The notes under the pieces: generated by a model
Told to the model about the DNA's origin: nothing
The model's input: only the letters and a program-made list of their open reading frames with translations
Database searches by the model: none
Source of the DNA: Eubacteriales bacterium
Lineage (GTDB): Bacteria; Bacillota; Clostridia; Oscillospirales; UMGS1783
DNA length: 64,000 nucleotides
Direction of reading: 5' to 3'
NCBI GenBank assembly: GCA_045595395.1
Contig: JAZOAH010000002.1
Coordinates: forward strand, 2,288-66,287
Shown here: positions 60,037-64,000 of the stretch, piece by piece
Numbering within the stretch: the first letter of the stretch is position 1
Layout: each line of letters starts with the position of its first letter
Made by a program: the position numbers and the translations under genes

Positions 60037-60160
60037 GAAACAATAAAATGGGCGCACTAATCTCTTTCGAGAAAAGTGCGCCCAGACGGTCGGCTTGATC
60101 CATCGTCTTTTGATCCTCTGTGGTGCTCCACATGATTCCGTCAGTCACAAAAAACGACAC
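60037..60160 (-). promoter_or_regulatory. ZTP (pfl-motif) riboswitch aptamer plus intrinsic-terminator expression platform in the purE leader
   Basis: Minus-strand RNA: GUCGUUUUUUGUGACUGACGGAAUCAUGUGGAGCACCACAGAGGAUCAAAAGACGAUGGAUCAAGCCGACCGUCUGGGCGCAC. Conserved ZTP blocks are UGACUGACGGAA, GUGGA..ACCACA and GCCGACCGUCUGGGCG (pseudoknot GACGG/CCGUC). A hairpin GGGCGCAC-N18-GUGCGCCC plus AUUUUAUUGUUU follows, with its 5' arm overlapping the aptamer 3' end. Confidence 0.85.
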
Positions 60161-60175
60161 TAATTTACACCGTTA

Positions 60176-60204
60176 AGTATACAACGAATGACATACGGTG
60201 TCAA
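60176..60204 (-). promoter_or_regulatory. Sigma-A promoter of the pur operon
   Basis: Minus strand TTGACA-17 nt-TATACT (-35 at 60199-60204, -10 at 60176-60181), about 15 nt upstream of the riboswitch. Confidence 0.6.
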
Positions 60205-60236
60205 GGCACACTTGGATAAACAATATAGATTTTTGT

Positions 60237-61742
60237 TTATTTCAGTGCGGTACTTTTCTCTTTCTGAATTACGTCGTGGGCACCGCCCTCAACGATACTA
60301 GTTGCACTAACCAGAGTGAGCTTCGCCTTCTTCTGCAGTTCAGGAATAGAAAGCGCACCACAGTTGCACATGGTCGAACGCACCTTACTCAAGGACAAGG
60401 CAACATTATCCTTCAAAGTACCGGCATAAGGAACATAGGAATCTACACCCTCTTCAAAGGACAGTTTCTTATCGCCACCCAAATCATAGCGCATCCAGTT
60501 ACGAGCACGATTAGAACCTTCGCCCCAATACTCTTTGTAGTAGGTACCGCCAATGTTGACCTTGTTGGTCGGACTTTCATCAAAACGTGCAAAATAGCGG
60601 CCCAGCATGACAAAATCAGCACCCATGGCCAACGCCAAGGTAATATGATGATCATACACAATACCGCCATCCGAGCAAACGGGTACATAGATACCGGTCT
60701 CTTCAAAATAGCGATCTCTCTCGGCGCAGACCTCGATCAATGCCGTAGCCTGGCCGCGACCGATACCTTTGGTTTCACGAGTAATACAGATCGATCCGCC
60801 GCCAATACCGACCTTGATAAAGTCAGCACCGCAATCAGCCAGGAAACGGAAGCCTTCAGCGTCGACTACATTACCGGCGCCAACCTTAACACGATCTCCG
60901 TAATGTTTACGAATCCACTCAATCGTCAATTTCTGCCACTCAGAAAAACCTTCGGACGAATCAATGCAAAGTACATCAGCACCGGCTTCCACTAAGGCAG
61001 GTACACGCTCCGCATAGTCACGGGTATTGATACCGGCACCGACCACATAGCGCTTGGAAGCATCCAGCAGTTCATTAGGATTTTGCTTGTGCGTATCATA
61101 GTCTTTACGGAAAACCATGTAGCAAAGCTTACCGTCATCGCTGACGATAGGCAACGAATTCAGCTTGTGATCCCAAATAATATCATTCGCTTCCTTCAGG
61201 GTCGTACCTTCTTTCGCCCAAATAAGTTTCTCAAAAGGAGTCATAAAGGTTTCAACCTTGATATCGGGAGACATGCGGCTGACACGGTAATCTCTACCGG
61301 TTACGATACCAACCAATTTACCATCGGCCGTGCCATCCTCAGTGACGGCAATAGTAGAATGTCCGGTCTTCTTGGTCAATGCAATAACATCAGCCAAGGT
61401 AGCATCAGGACGAATGTTAGAATCACTCTTAACGAAACCGGCCTTATAACTCTTGGCGCGACGAACCATGGCTGCCTCATCCTCTATAGACTGCGATCCG
61501 TAGATGAATGATACACCACCCTCGGTAGCCAATGCAACGGCCAAACGATCACCGGAAACCGACTGCATGATCGCAGAAACCAGAGGAATGTTCATGGTAA
61601 TTGCTGACTGCTCACCTTTTTTATAGCGAACCAGAGGGGTTTTCAGTGAAACATTGGCCGGTACACACTCACTGGAGGAATAACCGGGGATCAGAAGATA
61701 TTCGTTAAAAGTATGAGAGGGTTCATTAATAAAAATAGCCAT
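60237..61742 (-). CDS. guaB: IMP dehydrogenase
   Basis: 501 aa. TIM barrel with CBS pair insert and catalytic loop [12 protein letters not shown]. Confidence 0.92.
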   Translation of the reverse strand: MAIFINEPSHTFNEYLLIPGYSSSECVPANVSLKTPLVRYKKGEQSAITMNIPLVSAIMQSVSGDRLAVALATEGGVSFIYGSQSIEDEAAMVRRAKSYKAGFVKSDSNIRPDATLADVIALTKKTGHSTIAVTEDGTADGKLVGIVTGRDYRVSRMSPDIKVETFMTPFEKLIWAKEGTTLKEANDIIWDHKLNSLPIVSDDGKLCYMVFRKDYDTHKQNPNELLDASKRYVVGAGINTRDYAERVPALVEAGADVLCIDSSEGFSEWQKLTIEWIRKHYGDRVKVGAGNVVDAEGFRFLADCGADFIKVGIGGGSICITRETKGIGRGQATALIEVCAERDRYFEETGIYVPVCSDGGIVYDHHITLALAMGADFVMLGRYFARFDESPTNKVNIGGTYYKEYWGEGSNRARNWMRYDLGGDKKLSFEEGVDSYVPYAGTLKDNVALSLSKVRSTMCNCGALSIPELQKKAKLTLVSATSIVEGGAHDVIQKEKSTALK

Positions 61743-61758
61743 TTTGTTTTATCCTTTC

Positions 61759-62178
61759 TTAGTGTCCAGCCTTAGATTCACAGTAAATGCAACGGTAAAC
61801 ATTATTTTCACGATCGGTCAAACGAAATACCTGATCCAATTCCTGCTCCACCGTTGTAATACAGCGAGGATTCTTACAGTGAATTACGTTAGTTAATGTT
61901 TCCGGCATATCAATGCTCTTCTTCTCTATCAGTTTACCATTCTCAATGATGTTAACCGTAGCCTTAGGATCAACATAACCGATCACATTCAGATCCAATT
62001 CGATATCGGCATCGATCTTAATAATATCTTTTTTGCCCATCTTTTTACTGCCGACATTCATGATCATAGCAACAGAACAACCAAGGCTGCCAAGACCGAG
62101 AAGATCATACAAGCGCATACCTCTGCCTGCCGTGATGTGATCGATCACAACGCCGTTGTTGATAGAATCAATATTCAT
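61759..62178 (-). CDS. pyrI: Aspartate carbamoyltransferase regulatory subunit
   Basis: 139 aa. C-terminal zinc domain CKNPRCIT...YRCIYCE. Confidence 0.93.
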   Translation of the reverse strand: MNIDSINNGVVIDHITAGRGMRLYDLLGLGSLGCSVAMIMNVGSKKMGKKDIIKIDADIELDLNVIGYVDPKATVNIIENGKLIEKKSIDMPETLTNVIHCKNPRCITTVEQELDQVFRLTDRENNVYRCIYCESKAGH

Positions 62179-63095
62179 CGATTGGCCTCCTCAAGCAGCT
62201 TTAGAATCAGCGCCATGCGCATGTATTTACCATTAAGTACCTGTTTAAAGTAACAAGCACGAGGATCCTTGTCAATGGCGACACTAATCTCATTAACACG
62301 AGGCAGCGGATGCAGGATACTCAGATCACTCTTGGCATTGGTAAGCTTTAGAGGATCAAGAATATAGCTATCCTTAAGCCGCAGATACTCTTCTTCGTTA
62401 AAGAAACGTTCCTGCTGGACGCGAGTCATATACAGCACATCCAACTCCGGCATGGCCGCTTCCAGATCGCGGGTTTCTTTATATTCAATATTGCATTTGT
62501 CCAACACGTCGGTTTTGACATAATCGGGCAGTTTTAACTCATCAGGCGAAATCAACACAATGCGAATGTTATCATAACGAGACAAGGCATTGATCAGCGA
62601 ATGGACCGTTCTTCCAAATTTCAAGTCACCGCAAAAACCAACCGTAATATTATCCAGTCTTCCCTTTTCACGATAAATGGTCAGCAGATCCGCCAGAGTT
62701 TGAGTCGGATGATTGTGACCGCCATCGCCGGCATTGATCACAGGAATCGATGCATTTATAGATGCCACATAAGGCGCACCCTCTTTAGGATGGCGCATGG
62801 CAATGATATCAGCATAGCAGCTAATTACCTTGGCCGTATCTGCAACACTTTCGCCTTTAGATGCCGAAGAACTGCTGGCCTCAGAAAATCCGATAACATT
62901 ACCGCCCAGTTCCATCATTGCTGCCTCAAAGCTTAAACGTGTACGTGTCGAAGGCTCAAAGAAAAGCGTGGCAAGTTTTTTACCTTCACACCTATGGGCA
63001 TACTTGGCTGGATTGGCAATGATATCTTGTGCCGTAGTCAATAACTCTTCGATCTCGCTGGTGGAAAGATCTAATATGTCAATAAGGCTTCTCAT
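62175..63095 (-). CDS. pyrB: Aspartate carbamoyltransferase catalytic subunit
   Basis: [17 protein letters not shown] and HPLPR motifs. 306 aa. Confidence 0.96.
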   Translation of the reverse strand: MRSLIDILDLSTSEIEELLTTAQDIIANPAKYAHRCEGKKLATLFFEPSTRTRLSFEAAMMELGGNVIGFSEASSSSASKGESVADTAKVISCYADIIAMRHPKEGAPYVASINASIPVINAGDGGHNHPTQTLADLLTIYREKGRLDNITVGFCGDLKFGRTVHSLINALSRYDNIRIVLISPDELKLPDYVKTDVLDKCNIEYKETRDLEAAMPELDVLYMTRVQQERFFNEEEYLRLKDSYILDPLKLTNAKSDLSILHPLPRVNEISVAIDKDPRACYFKQVLNGKYMRMALILKLLEEANR

Positions 63096-63742
63096 GCCTT
63101 CGCCCCCTTGCCGATCCAGCTTTCATCGGAAGGGTTGTTACGGAAGGCAATCAAGCGTTGCACATCTTCCGGCTTAATATAACCTTCATCAGCAGCCACC
63201 TGTGCAATGACATCAAAATTAGTAAGGGAAATATTTTTTACATCAGCAGCCGCCAAACGATCCAGGCCCTTCTGCATACCATAAGTGAAGATACTGACAA
63301 TACCAAGCACCTCAGCACCGGCTTCTCGAAGCACATTGACGACCTCGATTACACTGCCGCCGGTCGAGATCAGATCCTCAACAACAACGACCTTTTGGCT
63401 GGCCTCCAGTTTGCCTTCAATCTGATTTTGACGACCATGATCCTTGGCACCGGAACGAACATAACCCATCGGCAGATCCAGCAGGTGTGCCGTGATAGCC
63501 GCATGCGCAATACCTGCAGTGGATGTACCCATTAGCACCTCGACATCCGGATAGTTTTCCTTGATCAGCTTGGCCAGGCCGTTTTCCACATCGTTGCGGA
63601 CCTGCGGTGCCGTCAGCGTCAAACGGTTATCGCAATACACCGGGCTCTTAATGCCGCTAGCCCAGGTAAAGGGCTCTTCCGGGCGGAAAAATACAGCTCG
63701 AATCGACAAAAGATCTTTAGCAATCAGTTTTTCCATCATCAT
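63092..63742 (-). CDS. pyrE: Orotate phosphoribosyltransferase
   Basis: 216 aa. [16 protein letters not shown] and PRPP motif [13 protein letters not shown]. Confidence 0.93.
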   Translation of the reverse strand: MMMEKLIAKDLLSIRAVFFRPEEPFTWASGIKSPVYCDNRLTLTAPQVRNDVENGLAKLIKENYPDVEVLMGTSTAGIAHAAITAHLLDLPMGYVRSGAKDHGRQNQIEGKLEASQKVVVVEDLISTGGSVIEVVNVLREAGAEVLGIVSIFTYGMQKGLDRLAAADVKNISLTNFDVIAQVAADEGYIKPEDVQRLIAFRNNPSDESWIGKGAKA

Positions 63743-63747
63743 TCACC

Positions 63748-64000
63748 TCAATCAACAAATTCAGCAACACAGCGCTTGTACGCAGCCACAGGATCATCGG
63801 CCGCGGTAATCGGACGCCCCACAACAATATAGTCCGAACCGATCAATTTCGCCTGCTCAGGGGTCATCACTCGTTTCTGATCACCAATCTCGCCGTCAGC
63901 AAAACGGACACCCGGCGTAACGGTCAAAAACTCATTACCGCATACCTCATGCACCTTACCGGCCTCCAGCGGCGAACAAACCACACCGTCAAGCCCGGCC
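63748..64000 (-). CDS. pyrF: Orotidine-5'-phosphate decarboxylase, C-terminal part (5' end off the window)
   Basis: The frame is open to the right window edge. ...[13 protein letters not shown]...TPGVR...DQKRVMTP...YIVVGRPIT is typical of the PyrF C-terminus. Confidence 0.88.
   Translation of the reverse strand, partial: AGLDGVVCSPLEAGKVHEVCGNEFLTVTPGVRFADGEIGDQKRVMTPEQAKLIGSDYIVVGRPITAADDPVAAYKRCVAEFVD

Noticed and set aside
60216-60240. AT-only inverted repeat ATAAACAA-N9-TTGTTTAT at the guaB stop, considered as the guaB terminator
   Set aside because: The stem has 8 bp, 7 of them A-T, and is not followed by a convincing U-run. It is too weak to call. Termination of the pyr-guaB transcript remains unresolved.
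1-64000. Scan for CRISPR arrays, tRNA/rRNA genes, IS elements, integrases, prophage or defence-island signatures
   Set aside because: The largest non-coding gaps are about 200 nt, and each is accounted for by promoters, leaders or terminators. I noticed no direct-repeat arrays or transposase/recombinase-like ORFs. The strong minus-strand bias (55 of 62 genes) looks like ordinary leading-strand co-orientation in a Firmicute.

Overview
The window reads as a 64-kb core-chromosome segment of a spore-forming, Clostridia-type Firmicute (spmAB, abrB-like gene, Rnf complex, fhs). It is almost fully coding: I support 62 CDS, 55 of them on the minus strand, plus one pseudogene. I saw no tRNA, rRNA, CRISPR array, transposase, integrase or long repeat.

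Gene content in coordinate order:
- A GntR-regulated cluster of malic enzyme, CoA-acylating aldehyde dehydrogenase and a sucC-like gene, cut by the left window edge.
- An orphan degenerate PAS/histidine-kinase-like gene.
- rnfCDGEAB.
- A head-to-tail housekeeping run of about 29 kb: php-nrdR, aspT, rluB, dac, rpsU, leuS-rsfS-yqeK-nadD-yhbY-rdgB-ftsY-smc, radical SAM-rnc-acpP, plsX-trmFO-topA-dprA-trmH.
- htrA with an OmpR/HK pair.
- spmAB.
- An abrB-like gene, then a TPR gene and an NTase/DUF4037 gene.
- pyrR and a uracil permease gene.
- galK followed by a decayed galT.
- An 11-gene operon, purE-C-F-M-N-purO-B-H-D-L-fhs.
- guaB appended to pyrF-E-B-I (pyrF cut by the right window edge).

Features not in the ORF track that I read directly from the sequence:
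- a ZTP (pfl) riboswitch with terminator in front of purE;
- rpsU (58 aa);
- the partial sucC;
- a terminator-type attenuator in front of pyrR;
- several near-consensus sigma-A promoters;
- several intrinsic terminators.

I did not find a convincing new multi-gene system such as a defence island, mobile element or toxin-antitoxin locus. The items most worth a second look are:
- the sole purF-like gene, which lacks the Cys1 nucleophile and other glutaminase residues;
- the ZTP-controlled purine/fhs operon;
- the galT pseudogene next to an intact galK;
- the edge-truncated mae / acylating ALDH / sucC cluster;
- the degenerate PAS-HK-like protein;
- the translationally coupled TPR and NTase/DUF4037 pair.

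All functional calls come from reading motifs and from remembered family features. No searches were run.
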